This document shows, in pieces, positions 13,362 to 28,013 of a DNA stretch of 64,000 bases (the stretch's first letter is position 1; every line of letters starts with the position of its first letter). The notes below the pieces were generated by a model. It searched no databases. It had not been told where the DNA came from and worked only from the letters and a program-made list of their open reading frames with translations. Made by a program: the position numbers and the translations under genes. Origin of the DNA: Octopus vulgaris (Eukaryota); assembly GCA_951406725.2 (NCBI GenBank), contig OX597819.1:94488001-94552000 (forward strand), read 5' to 3'.

Positions 13362-13546
13362 AAAGAGAACTTATTTACTCACTTGCCTTACTCCTAACTA
13401 AAAAAAATTTTCACTTTTATACCAATATCATCATCATCATCATCGGAGAATGGACGTTAAACGATGATGATGATGATGATATTGGTATAAAAGTGAAAAT
13501 TTTTTTTGAGTTAGGAGTAAGGTAAGTGAGTAAATAAGTTCTCTTT
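13362..13546. repeat. Inverted repeat, ~84-bp arms, 16-nt spacer
   Basis: AAAGAGAACTTATTTACTCACTTGCCTTACTCCTAACT..CATCATCG / CGATGATG..AGTTAGGAGTAAGGTAAGTGAGTAAATAAGTTCTCTTT. Confidence 0.93.
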
Positions 13547-16001
13547 GTGTAATGTAAATATGTATGGCTATTTGGTGTAAGCATATTACTTCATGGAAAT
13601 TTTTAAAAAATTTAAATACAGGTAAGATTGTTTTGCAAATTTTGATTGATTACATATGAATTTTTGCAAAATGTATTTTTATGTGCTGAATGTTACTATG
13701 TCTGATGCCATAAATCAAATGAAATTAATCATTCCCACACAAGAAAAAGCAATTTTTTCTTTTACTGTTTCAAGTTTTCAAGTGTTGTGTTTTTATATCT
13801 TGTTTTTGCTGTGAGTGTGTGTACCTGTGTACACACACACACATACTATGAAAGCAAGAGCGGGAAGTAAGAATATATAAAACTACACACACACGTGCAT
13901 GCGCATGTGTGCACACACACACACACATTTTGGATTAGAGCTAAATTGAAGTACAATTAAGATTTGTGAATTCAGTCCTAGTCAAAGAAAATGCACACAC
14001 ATATATAAAAATAGAGCACCAAAATAAAATGAAAAAATATGCCTATTATTTTTTCAAGATGCTTTAAAGCATCTTATTTACTCTAGTAACAGTAGACAAA
14101 ACGCTGCTATATCTGTCATTGCATATGACACCTTCCTGTATAATCTAAAAGCGGATGTTAAATGATGGTGGTGGTGGAGGTAGTAGCAACATACTTTTAA
14201 GATCTCGGTGGTCAGTCCTAATGAGTCAGTGGTTTTCCTGCGGTCATATCTTTAATTGTGTTATTTATCATACTGTTGTTCACTAGAATCGCCTGTCTCT
14301 CTGTTAGGTCTACATTCAGAAAGACCCTCTTTCTTCTATACATTCTCTACATTTCATAACTTTTCATGACATCACTTCCATGTTTCTTTCTTTCCAGAAC
14401 CACTAAGTGCATAGGTGCCTTTATCTATCTATACTTCTCACCCACAATGTCTCTATTCTCTCTGCTTTGCAATAAAAAAATGTCTCATGCCTCTGATCCT
14501 CACACTATAGAACATTGACAAACTTCTCACTTTCTACTTCTCCCCTTGCGAAATAAACCTGTCACCATTGGCCTGGCTGGAACTTTGCTCCAGCCACAGA
14601 TATGGTCTGCAGTCCTTAGTAGGTCATCTTCCAGAACTTCTAGTTTTGGTGTCCTATTTTTATTATATATGTTGATATTTCATTTGACTAGGATTGAATT
14701 AAAAAATCTTAATTGTGCTTCTATTTAGCTGCAATCCAAAATGTGTGTTTAATATTTTGTTACTTTCTGCTCTCATAGTGTGTGTGTATAAGGGTGCACA
14801 CACTCACTTTGGCTGTGAAGGCAGGATATTAGGAAGGGCATCCAGCTGTAGAAACACCGCCAGATCTGACTGGCCTGGTGCAGCCTTCGGGCTTCCCAGA
14901 CCCCAGTTGAGCCGTCCAACCCATGCTAGCATGGAAAGCGGACGTTAAACGATGATGATGATGATTACTTGAAAACTTGAGACTTTAATGAAAGGGAGAA
15001 AGAGCATGGTAGAGTTGCTCTTTCTTATCTGGATTTGATTAATTTCATTTGGTTTATGGTGTTTATGATGTATATAAAAATACATTTTGCAAAAATCAGT
15101 CAATATTTGCAGAGCAATCTTACCTGTATTTTATTTTGTCTTGAATTTCTGTGAAATAACCCAATAAAATGGTTATTAGATAGCATGATCTGCTAACCTA
15201 TTTATGCTACAATTATCAATTTTTCCATAATAATTAAAATCTCTCTATTAGCAACAATTTCATGAAATTAAATGATGCTATGATCATTTGACCTCTGTCT
15301 TCCATGCGGGCATGGTTTGAACAGTTCTATAGGATCTGTTGAGCCAGAGGAATGTTATCATGCTCTGATGTTTGCATTACCTTGGTTTATATGGTTGGTT
15401 GCCCTTTCTAGTGCCAACTACTTTACAGAGTGTGCTTGGTACTTTTACATGACACCTGAACTAATGATCAAGACCTTTGACAATATACTGTGCTTGAGAA
15501 GACCTGTCAAGCCAAGTGAGATCATAGTCATGGCTGATGGTGGTGTTTTGTAACAGGCACCTGTGCCAGTGGCACATAAAAAGTACTCACTATACTCTTG
15601 GAGTGGTTGGCTTTAGGAAAGACATCCAGCTGTAGAAACCATGCCAAATGAGACTGGAACCTGGTGCAGCTCCTCAGCTTATCAGTTTTCAGCCAAACCA
15701 TCCAACATATGCCAGCATAGAAAACAGATGTTAAATGATGATGATACACACACATAGAAACAGAGGGAACATAGGGATGCTAATAAACAATATTAATAAT
15801 AGATCTAAGGGGAACATTCTACTTACTAAAAATGCATATACGTTACAGTTAGACAACTTACCAATTTCTAACTGCTAAATTATAACATGATCTAATAATT
15901 AGTAACCTTAATTCTTTCTGCCTTCAAGTTCATTAAACTCTCTCTTTAAAAAAATTTTTTTTTTTTTACTAACTTATGTTTTTTTTTTTTTATAAATTTA
16001 G

Positions 16002-16139
16002 GTTTTGAAGTTGTATGCCTGGGAGAATTCTTTCAAGGAGCAGATCATGAAAATACGAAATGATGAAATGAGAATTTTGAGAAAGCAAGCCTATCTTAAT
16101 GCTTTCACTACACTAACATGGAGCTGTGCACCCGTATTT
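16002..16139 (+). CDS. ABCC1: ABCC1-like exon (138 nt)
   Basis: ttag|GTT..TTT|gtaagt. Translates VLKLYAWENSFKEQIMKIRNDEMRILRKQAYLNAFTTLTWSCAPVF. Confidence 0.95.
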
Positions 16140-16547
16140 GTAAGTACTTATCTGAAGTAAAAATTATTTCCTGATTAGAATGATTAACATTAATCACTCA
16201 CCCTCCTCCTCATCATCATCATCACACATCCATTTTCCATGCTTACATGGGTTGGGATAGTTTGACAGGAGCTAGCAAGCCAGAGGACTGTACCATATTT
16301 CACCGTCTGCTTTGCCATGGTTGCTGTGGCTGGACGCCCTCCCTAATGCTAACAACTTTACAGAGCATACTGGGTGCTTTCCATGTGACACTGGTACCAG
16401 TAAGATGTATCTTTTATCTGTTTCAGTCATTAAACTGTGACCATGCTGTCTTGAAGAACTTTTGTTGAATCAATCAACCCCAGTACTTTCATTTTTGTTT
16501 TTTAAGCCAGGTACTTATTCTATCAATCAATTTCTGCCAAAACACTG

Positions 16548-16920
16548 GTTGGCTGTGTGTTAAGTAGCTTGCTTACCAACCACATGGTTTCAGGTTCAGT
16601 CCCACTGCGTGGCACCTTGGGCAAGTGTCTTCTACTGTAGCCTCGGGCTGACCAAAGCCTTGTGAGTGGATTTGGTAGACAGAAACTGAAAGAAGCCCGT
16701 CATATATATATGTCTGTGTGTGTATATGTTTGTGTGTCTTTGTCCCCCAGCATCACTTGACAATTGATGGTAGTGTGTTTACGTCCCCGTAACTTAGCGG
16801 CTCGGCAAAAGAGACTGATAGAATAAGTACTAGGCTTCCAAAGAATAAGTCCTGCGGTTGATTTGCTCGACTGAAGGCAGTGCTCCAACATGGCTGCAGT
16901 CAAATGACTGAAACAAGTTA
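16548..16920 (+). mobile_element. tRNA-derived SINE, representative copy (others at about 190-548, 5050-5680, 23750-24290, and inverted at 48735-49150)
   Basis: tRNA-like head with A/B-box-like GGCTGTGTG..GGTTCAGTCCC, a conserved body (GGGCAAGTGTCTTCTACT..GCCTTGTGAGTGGATTTGGTAGAC) and an internal (TA)/(GT) microsatellite. Many copies on both strands. Confidence 0.8.
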
Positions 16921-17433
16921 AAAGTTACGGGGACATAAACAAACCAACACCGGTTGTCAAGCAATGGTGGAGGACAAATAGAAACACACGCACACACTCA
17001 CACATATATAAATACAACAGATTGGAGCCTGGTGCAGCCATCTGGTTCGCCAGTCCTCAGTCAAATCGTCCAACCCATGCTAGCATGGAAAGCAGACGTT
17101 AAACGATGATGATGACAACAGGTTTCTTTCAATTTCCATCTACCAAATCCACTCGCAAAGCTTTGGTCTGCCTAAGGCTATAGTTGAAAACACTTGCCCA
17201 AGGGGCCGCATAGTAGGACTACCACTCAGTCACGCCTGCACCTACCAAGTAATTCTCAATAAAGGACCCTTCAACTGATGGGTTTTAGTATTGAGGTAAT
17301 ATTGTGCCAAGTAATTAGAGGTTAAATTATGATAGAAGGAAATTAAGCTTCATCAACTTCTCAACTTTGGGTTGTTTTTCGTTTCTATATATATTAACCT
17401 TATTCTTTCTCTTGTTTATTTCTTAATTTCTAG

Positions 17434-17727
<294 letters not shown>

Positions 17728-18588
17728 TAGAAATAGCAGCTGAACCCTCAAATCATGCTCTATTATCTTATAAAATGAAGCACACATTGAACTATGTGGT
17801 CCTTAATATATAAAGAGACAAACTGGTTACAGCTAGAATACTTTTGATCATAGATCTCTTTAGTTAGGCCTGATCTGAATCTAAACATCTGCTTTATATG
17901 TTCATTTCTTCCATGATATAATTTGGTCAGGTTTGCAAAGCATTTATTTGACTATGTCTGGCTTGTAAATCTTCTGGCAAAACTTGCCACCTGTAGGCTC
18001 CATCCAACTTTCATTGCTTAATGACTTTCTGATTTGGATCATTGCACTAAGTTATGTATAATCAATGAAACTATATCATCAGATGTGCACTCATTTGGTA
18101 TTAGAAACAAATTCTGCTTAAGCAATCACTTATGATTTGTTTATAACACTGATATTTATTTAAACTGAGTAGTGGCATGACCAAGCTGCCCTACATACTC
18201 AGTTATTTGCCAGTCTTCATGTGTGTGCACATGTATCTCTGTGTTCTGCAAATTTCAAATCCAGAGCAAGATATAATAGATAAGTCATATTGTTTTCCAT
18301 ATCCATATTTTAGATTAAAGAATGCAACTTACATCTGAAAGTATATATGGTAAATACCAGTAATATACAAAGTTTTTTTTTATCTGTTATACACTTCTTT
18401 TTAAAAAATTCTCTAGTCATATAAGGAGCCTCTTCCCTATGTCTATATTATCATCTTTAGTGAAACAATATAACCTAAAATTTCTATTCAGATGATATAC
18501 AAAACTATGTTATTATTTGATTATGTTTACAAATGCCATTTAGCATTTATATAATGTATTTTTATTTTGTATTTCATCTATTTGTCAG

Positions 18589-18679
18589 GCAAATGTTTCA
18601 GTGAAAAGAGTCACCGAGTTTTTGAACAAAGATGAATTAGATTTAAAATCTGTTGAACACAGTTTAACAGACTCAGATA
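18589..18679 (+). CDS. ABCC1: ABCC1-like exon (91 nt)
   Basis: tcag|GCA..GAT A|gtaagc. Translates ANVSVKRVTEFLNKDELDLKSVEHSLTDSD and ends in phase 1. Confidence 0.92.
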
Positions 18680-19611
18680 GTAAGCGATTATTTTCTATTA
18701 TCTGGACTTGCCATTAGCTTTATCCCAAAAAGAAATTTACACATTTCATTTAAACAAGCTTACTAATTAAACACAGTCATTTAACCTGTTCGAAGTAGCT
18801 ACCAGACCTCCCTAAAATCAAAACCTACCATCTTAAAAAAAGGAAGTGCACATTGGACAGTTTAGTCCTAGGTATATGAAAATATGGGATGCTCATGGCT
18901 AGAATGCCTTTGGTCAGTATCATTAAGTGTATCAGACAAAATACTTAGCATCATTTTTTCTGACTCTTTACATTCTGAGTTCAAATCTTGCTGAGGTCAG
19001 CTTTGCCTTTCATTTCTTCAGAGTCAATAAAATAAAGTACCAGTCACATTCTGAGGTTGATGTAATCAACTTGCCCTCTCTCCTTAAAATTGCCACCCTT
19101 GGACCATGCAATGGACCAGTGTTCTGTTCAGAAGGAGTGTTGAGATCTCAGTCACTTATATACTTTGGAAACTGGGTAACTGGTCATATGAACCTCAGGG
19201 CTCTAGAAAAAAGATGTATAGCTATTCATTACTTTTCCTTTCCTTGATCATCACATTTCTAATGTCTATTTCTTGCCTCTTTTCAAATATAATGTTCTCC
19301 ATTTCAAATATTCATTCATTAATTCTATACACCCTTTCTAACAGAATATCAAATTTAACCCAGCACCATTAGTCTCTTCTGTCTATTTCTCTTTCCTGTT
19401 TGGTCTTAGGCTTTTATGGATTTGAAATATAAAAACACAGTTGCGAAATGTTGGGCAATTCAAGCATTGAAACTTTAATAGATGCTTCTATTCTTCCACC
19501 ACTTTATTACTATCAATACTTTAATGTCTTCTTCCCTATTCTGTCTTTATGTCACATCTCTTCCTCTCTTGAAAGTTCTCCAGCATAGCTAGAACTCAAT
19601 GACCAAGACTA

Positions 19612-19713
<102 letters not shown>

Positions 19714-20715
19714 TTAATTAAGATTCCTCTTAATTAATCTATATATTTTTGTATCTCTTTTACTTGTTTCAGTCAGTGGACAGGGGTTATGCTGGGACAC
19801 ACCTAGAAGGGTTTAGAGAACAGATCAATCCCAATATTTATTTTTTTAAGTTTGGTATTTATTCTACTTTTGCCAAACTGTTAAGTTACAAGGATAAACA
19901 TAAACCAATACCTGTTGTCAAACAGTTGTGGGGAGAAATATAAAGACATATGCACACACAGAGGCACACAAATGACAGGCTTCCACACAGTTTCTGCCTA
20001 CCAGATTCACTCACAAGACATTGGTCAATCTAAGGCTACATTTGCCCAAGGTGCCACACAATGAAACTGAACCTAGAACCATGGGATTTCAAAACAAGCT
20101 TCTTGGCCACACAGCCATGCTTGCATCTATATCTCAGTATTCATATTTTCTTGATCACTCAGCTCCTTTTACCGACATTCAATACCCAGCAAGTTCCACT
20201 AATTTCATTCTATTATATTTGTTGCAAATTTTCTAGTCTACTTCCATTGTTTTTTCTATTTTCAATCTTCAATATTTCATTTATAAATTAATTTTTTGGT
20301 AGAAGTAGACACTAAGAATTTTCTCTCAATTGCTAAACTGCAAAAACTCTGTGAAGAAAAAGAAAAGGGAAAATACACATCCCATGAATTTCTTCCAGGC
20401 TGTAATTACTTTCTTTATTACAAGAAATGTCTCACTTCATAAAATGTTTAATTTATACACCTTGAGCTGTGTCATACTGATGATTTCTAAAATGAACGAA
20501 ATGGTTCAACACCTGAATATCAATGACTAGAAATTTTAAGACTTTCATAATAAGTAAGCAAAATAAAAACAATATGTGTATTCTGTGCATCTTTCCTTGT
20601 TTCTAAATTACAAATTCAAACTTCTAAACCCACCGTGAAGAAATGCTTATTTCCTTTGCACTAACTCTCCACTAGAAGATACCACAAGAGTATTTCTTAT
20701 TCATTTTATTTTAAG

Positions 20716-20782
20716 GTCATTCTGTCATCATTGAAAATGGATCTTTTAAATGGGATAAAGAAGAGCCTTGCATTTTAAAAAA
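20716..20782 (+). CDS. ABCC1: ABCC1-like exon, start of NBD1 (67 nt)
   Basis: taag|GT CAT..AAA AA|gtatgt. Translates (S)HSVIIENGSFKWDKEEPCILK(N). Phases match both neighbours. Confidence 0.9.
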
Positions 20783-21746
20783 GTATGTGTTTTTTTTTTA
20801 TTATCAAATGATATAATTACCAGTGTCTTCCAAATGAATGAGCATTTTGTTTTTCAATATGAGATTTGCTTTACTAAACAAACTTCATATCTCTTAGAGA
20901 GAACCTTGTCAGCTTAAAATATTTTAGAGTATTTTTAGGAACAGGACTATCAAAGCTATTAAAAGCTATTATTAATCAATTACAAACAAGAATTTCTTAG
21001 GTAAGATTGCTTTGATAAAAAATAGTTTATTCCAATCCTTTTTTTATATGTTTAGTAAAACATTTGAATAATTTCTTAAATCATTTTGGATGCTAGTCCC
21101 AATTCACAATAAAAGTTTATCTCAGTTATTTGTTTGATAGAACCTTAGACCATCAATGGCAGATGATAAAAGTAACTATATAGCTTGCTAGCCTTTAGCA
21201 TTCTAGCAATGATAAGCTTTTCTAGCACACCTATTGACTTTCCTTTTACTGCCCTGTAAATTGTAGCACAATGAGTTTTCCAATCATTGTTTACATGTAA
21301 TGTAAAATAAAGATGTTTATAAGTAATCATTTAATATACTTACCCATTACACTCCTGGAGTGGTTGGCATTAGGAAGGATATCCAGCTGTAGAAACCATG
21401 CCAAATCAGACTGGAACCTGGTGCAGCTCTCCAGCTCATCAGCTCCAGTCAAACCATTTAACCCATGCCAGCATGGAGAGTGGACGTTAAATGATGATGT
21501 GTTTAAACTGTTTATTTCAGACCTCAGGATTAGCTGGTTAATGAGCTTGTCTTCAGATTTTTATCTAGTTGAAGACCTACATTTTTGTATTCTGGTGAAT
21601 ATGAATTCATTTAAAGGCTAAAACTGGGTCTTACATTCTTTTTTCTGTAGTTTGATGATTTTGTAAATATATTGTATTCTTGTATCTTAGATAATGAGAT
21701 TTATTTTTAAGTACTTTGATGTATAAAATTAAATTTCTGATTTTAG

Positions 21747-21873
21747 CATTCATTTTAAAGTTACACAAGGGACTCTTGTTGCAGTTGTGGGAGTTGTTGG
21801 ATCAGGAAAATCATCCTTAATCTCAGCCATTCTTGGTGAAATGGAAAAATGTTCTGGAAAAGTTAATGTACAG
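21747..21873 (+). CDS. ABCC1: ABCC1-like exon, NBD1 Walker A (127 nt)
   Basis: ttag|C ATT..CAG|gtttgt. Translates [42 protein letters not shown]. Confidence 0.95.
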
Positions 21874-22927
21874 GTTTGTTTTCTTAAATTTTTTCAGTTT
21901 GTAAGTCAAATACTATAGAATTAACCAGCACCATATATAATTACTTGTTTGACTTGCTAAAATTAGCAACCAAGGTCAGCTTTGCCTTTCATCCTTTCGG
22001 GGTCGATAAATTAAGTACCAGTTGCATACTAGGGTTGATCTAATCGACTGGCCCTCTCCCCAAAAATTTCTGGCTTTGGCCAAGAGTAAAAAAGAATCTG
22101 GTGTGTGTCCAGTCGAGGCTGGTCTGAGGTTTAACAACAGCTGTTTTAGTGCCCATCTGCTATCAACAAGTGATTTTTTTCTTGTACATGAACAGTGAGC
22201 AGAGCGGGATCTAAACTCCTCACCTGTAACAGATAAAACATTTTACATGTCCATAATAACATTATTGTAATATTTGCTTTGTGAAGAATATCAATTCAGC
22301 CAAAATAATGACAGTGCAGAATAAGAAATTAAATCATTTTATTCTATTATAAACATAAAATGGGAAAATATATCCTGCACTAGCTGATATAGACATGTTT
22401 ATCTGAGTGAATGAAATATGGAGATAAGTTTGCTTTATGGTGCACTACTAATATTATTCTTTCTGCTCTAAGTACAAGGCCTAAACTTGGGGGGTGGGGT
22501 GCTGGTCAGTTACATTGACTCCAGTGCTTGACTGAAACTTATTTTTATTGCTCCTGAAAGGATAAAAGGCAAAGCTGATTACAACTGAATTTTAACTCAG
22601 AAAATAAACCTAGAAGAAATGCTACAAATCATTTTTGTCGGGCATGCTAACAATTCTACCAACACACTGCTTTTGGTTTCGAATTTTGGCACAATGCCTG
22701 CAACTTTTTGGGGGAGGGGCTAAGTTGATTACATCAGCCCTAGTGCTCAACTTGTACTTAGTTTATTAATCCTGCAAGGATGAAAGGCAGAGTCAACCTT
22801 TGCAGGATTTGAACACAGAATGTAATGAGTTGGAAGACATGCTGCAAAACATTTTGACAGTTGGCTATACAACACAATCTGTGCCCTTATATTTTTGAAC
22901 AAAGGAATCTAGCACACCACCTATTAT

Positions 22928-22972
22928 TCTGTGCTGATGAAGGAAAGTAACCTGAAGATCGCGATACACAGA
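22928..22972 (+). ncRNA. Minimal type I hammerhead ribozyme-like motif (probably Penelope-derived, possibly inactive)
   Basis: TCTGTG-CTGATGA-AGG(AAAGTAA)CCT-GAA(g)-ATCGCGAT-A-CACAGA. It has stem I, the core, stem II and a palindromic stem III, with one extra G in the GAAA box. Confidence 0.55.
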
Positions 22973-23312
22973 TATTGTTTTGAGCTGTGTGGGGGTGCTA
23001 GATTCCCTTGTTTGAAAATATAAGGACACAGATCATGTTGTATAGCCAGCTGGAGACAATGTTTCCTGGGGCTAAATTACAGCAACATTCGTCCTAAACC
23101 AGGACTGCCATGTTATGTTGGCAAACAATCTTTACTCCAACTGCAATTATTGAGCCAAAAGATTCCCACAGTTTGAATAAACCTGGTATTGTGTAGTTAT
23201 TTCACTCTTTTAATTTATGTATTTCTATTAACTAATTGTTATACCTTTAATTGTGTTGTAAGTAATACCTGATACAATGGTTGTAGCAGTTATTTGTTTA
23301 TCTTCCCTCCAG

Positions 23313-23489
23313 AGTAATGTGGCTTATGTAGCACAGCAAGCTTGGATTCAAAATGATACCTTGCGGAATAATATCTTGTTTGGGAAACAGTATCATCAGT
23401 CTTTTTACACTAAAATCATCAATTCCTGTGCACTTCATACAGACTTAAAAATACTACCTGCTGCTGATCAAACTGAAATTGGTGAAAAG
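23313..23489 (+). CDS. ABCC1: ABCC1-like exon, NBD1 Q-loop (177 nt)
   Basis: ccag|AGT..AAG|gtagtg. Translates SNVAYVAQQAWIQNDTLRNNILFG...DLKILPAADQTEIGEK. Confidence 0.95.
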
Positions 23490-25418
23490 GTAGTGTATTT
23501 TGTTTTTATGATAATGGTCTTAGATGTTTTATGGATTTGAATGATGATGATGAATGATCAATGTCCAATATTTTAAATCCAGGTTTGTCCCCGTTAACAG
23601 GAATGGCCAGATCTACCTCACTCTTACAGCAACCGCTCTCACACCATCTTGCCAACTCACCCAATTTTGGGCATCCTCCCACCTCATGCCAACCCTCCCA
23701 ATCTCTTGCATGACCAAGGATGAGAGTTTGCACCTTCCTTTCAGTCCCATTGCAGCACCTTGGGCAAGTGTCTTCTCTTATAGCCTTCAGCTGATCAAAA
23801 GCTCGTGAGTGGATTTGGTAGATGAAAACTAAAAAGAAAGCCTGTTCTGTGTGTTTGTGTGTATGTATACATGTACATATGTGTTTATGTGTGTGTATAC
23901 GTTTCTCTATTCATAACATAATGGTTGTAAATGAGCATCATTGTCACACAAGCAAATCCCACTGAGTGACACCTTGGGCAAGTGACTTCTGCTATAGCCC
24001 TGAGCTGACAAGTGTCCTGTGAGTAAGTTTGGTTGATGGAGACTGTGTGGAAACTTGTGGTGTATATATGTGTGTATATGTCTGCGTTTGTTTCTCCCAC
24101 CACTTGATAACAGGTGTTGGTTTGTTTACATCCCTGTAACTTAATGGCTTGGCAAAAGAGACTGATAGAATAAGTACAAAGATTAAAAACTTAAATACTG
24201 AGGATGATTTCTTTGATTAAAAATCCTTCAAAGCAATGCTTCAACATGACTGCAGTTCAGTGACTGAAACAAGTAAAAGATAAAAATAAATCCTCGTGTA
24301 CGACAGCTTCTAACTGTGTGTTGCCATGTTAGTTTTGGTTATACAAGTGAGATCCACTGAAAACCAACATAGTTTACAGCAATAAAATTCTGTTCTTAGA
24401 GAACTTAGTCATGGTCTGGTAGAATGAGTCATTGAAATGTAAATGTTTTAGCTGTGGACTGAGTACTATCCCAGTGACAGAATAATCACAGAATGAGTCA
24501 TTTAGTTATCTGGTACCTACAAACTTGACAATTTTTTTCTCTTCTGTACACACACATGGCACATAAAAAGCACCATCCGAACATGGCTGATGCCAGCGCC
24601 ACCTGACTGACGTCTGTGTCGGTGACACATAAAAAGCACCAACCAATCGTGGACGTTTGCCAGCCTCCTCTGGCCCCTGTGCTGGTGGCACGTAAAAAGC
24701 ACCCACTATACTCATGGAGTGGTTGGCGTTAGGAAGGGCATCCAGCTGTAGAAACACTGCCAGATCAGACAGGAGCCTGGTGCAGCTTCCCAGACCCCGG
24801 TCGAACTGTCCAACCCATGCTAACATGGAAAACGAACATTAAATGATGATGATGATGATGAGATATATATATATGTGTGTGTGTAAAAGAATAAACAATC
24901 TCAGTTCAGTGCAATACACGTTTCAGAAGTAAGATATCCACCAAATCAAATGTGTACTATATCATATTATAAAGATATTTACCTCCACATCAGGCACATG
25001 ACTACCACATCAGAGTGATCTACATAAGCCAATTGTATGCTGAATGCTGAGCTGTTGACTTTCATCTATGTGATTCTTATAAACTTATATATGTAGGGGT
25101 GCTGAAAAGTTCTTGGCTTTGGGTAAAAAAAGATACAGGAGGATCAGTTAATTATGATTTTATTCAGCATATTCCCCTCTCAGATGCACACACTTATTAC
25201 AGCAGTCCATCAGTTTTTCTAAGCCCTGTTAAAAAACTTAAAAGTTTGGGTCTCCAACCAAACCTTTCACAAAACCTTTAAAGCCAGGAACTTTTCAGTA
25301 CCCCTTTATATATATATATATAATGTCTATGTAAAATATATAAACTGCATCTACTTAGTTACACATGATTACAAATTTTATTGTGTATGTATAAATTCAA
25401 GTTCTTTATGTAAGTTAA

Positions 25419-25655
<237 letters not shown>

Positions 25656-27814
25656 TAGTCTTGGTCATTGAGCTCTAGCTGTGCTGGAGAACTTTCAAGT
25701 GTTTTAACACTTTAGCATTTAAACTGACCATATCTACCCCAAATATTCTTTAAGCTCAAATTATCCAGATTTTGTCTTTTACACCAACCTTACAATGTCA
25801 CACCATTAAAATATTGAAGCTATGAGATGAGCCTTGATTAATTCAAAACAATATGAATAAATAAGCATTACATTTGGCAGAGTGATCTGAATGCTAAAGG
25901 GCTGATTGATATCAAATCCACTTCCGATACTTGTTTCAGTCTGGTATTGTTTTATTGATCTCAAATTGTGCTTCATACAGAAGCATTGTTCAATCTGCAC
26001 CTTCACTCTCAGGAAGGGTACCTTCATTGTGAAGAGAAATAGTAGTTCCCTGAATTTTTACCATCCCATTCTTTCTCTGGCTGTTATGCTTTTTGCAGCA
26101 ACCACTTTCATTGCTTATTAGGTCAAGGAGGAATATTGTATGTTAATAATTCTCAATATGCATAATAATATTCTGTTTGTTAGTAAAGTTACTATCGAAA
26201 TAAAGTTTATCCAGTATGTGACACAAAACTAACTTCTTCAATTATATATATATATGTGCAGGTGGCACATAAAAAGCACCATTTGAGCATGGCCGTTGCC
26301 AGTACCGCCTGACTGGACCTCGTGCCAGTGGGACGTAAAAAGCACTGACTACACTCTCGGAGTGGTTGGCATTAGGAAGGGCATCCAGCTGTAGAAACTT
26401 TGCCAGATCAGATTGGAGTCTGGTGCAGCCATCTAAATGTCTAAAAACGAACAATACAAAAGTATATATAAATCAATATTGGGCTAAATATTCTATTCTT
26501 TGTTTTCTTTTCTATCAATTTTATATATATATATATATATATACACACATGCACTTTATTTGTGGGTTATCAATGCAACCAATGGTTTCATGCAAAGATA
26601 TCTTCTCAATTGTTCAAGTGTACTACATGGAAGTGTTGGTACTTGTCTCCATTTTCAATGAGAATTCATGAGGTTACATGAGACTGAACAGGACATTGTA
26701 ATAAATACACAGATCGCAGGAGGTAACTTATAAGAATATCTTAATTGTTATTTTCCCTTGCACTAGCCCTGGAATTTTGCAAGAAATTGTGTTCACCATA
26801 GATTAATTCTTTAATTTTCTTATGTAAGAAACGTTCATACATGTCCATATTTATAAATCATACATACACATATGTAAAAGATACATGTATAAACACACAC
26901 ACACACCCTACAATATGAGTACATACATATAATTATTTATGGGATTTCATAGGTTTTAGAAGCCAGACTTCGTCCATGGAATTGCGAGTTCATAGATTTA
27001 TATAGATATGCTTTTTCTTGTTACTCATGTGATGTCCTAAATGTGTTATGCATATAAAACTGTGTGATTAGGGAATCCAGCCTAAGTTCATGGGGTGTAT
27101 GTCTTTAATGTATAATGTACATATATTATTGATATCCAAAAAACTGATGTGTATTTATTTCAAAATCCATGGCCGATGCTAGTGCCGCTTGACTGGCACC
27201 TGCGCCAGTGGCAAGTAAAAAGCACCATTCAAGCGTGGCCAATGCCAGTGGCACGTAAAAAGCACCATTTGAGCATAGTCGATGCCAGTACCGGTAGCAC
27301 ATTAAAAGCACCATCCCAGCTTGGTCGATGCCAGTGCTGCCTGACTAGCTTCCATGCCAATGGCACGTAAAAAGCACCATTCGAGCGTGGTCATTGCCAG
27401 TGCCACCTGACTGGCCCCCATGCTGGTGGCATATAAAGAGCACCCACTACACTCTCGGAGTGGTTGGTTTTAGGAAGGCATCCAGCTGTAGAAACCTTGC
27501 CAGGACAGACTGGAGCTTAGTGTAGCTTCCTGGCTTTCCAGTCCTCAGTCAAACCATCCAACCCATGCCAGCATGGAAAGCAGACATCAGTCTCATGTAA
27601 CCTTGTGTATTCTCATCCAAAATGGAGATGAGTACCAAGATTCCATATGCCATGCAGGAACAATTGTGAAGATCTCTTCACATGAAATCATTGGCTTCTT
27701 AATCCACAAATAAAAAAATATTTATCTACCAATGCAGTGTTGAGCACTCATTCTCACTGTTCAATATTGGCATATATATATATATTTGTTTCTCTTTCCC
27801 TCTCTGCCTCTTAG

Positions 27815-28013
27815 ACACGAATACTAGTAACCCATAATATCAACTACCTTGAACATATGGACATGATTATTGTAATGAAAGATGGCCAGATCAGTGAGAG
27901 AGGAACATTTCAAGAACTTCTTGGTCATAAAGGGGAATTCTCAGAATTCTTGCAAAATTATTTAACAGAACAGAAACAAACTGGAAATGAAGCTAGTGAA
28001 GAACAAGAAGCAG
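27815..28013 (+). CDS. ABCC1: ABCC1-like exon, NBD1 H-loop into linker (199 nt)
   Basis: ttag|ACA..GCA G|gtcagt. Translates TRILVTHNINYLEHMDMIIVMKDGQISERGTFQELLGHKGEFSEFLQNY... Confidence 0.94.
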
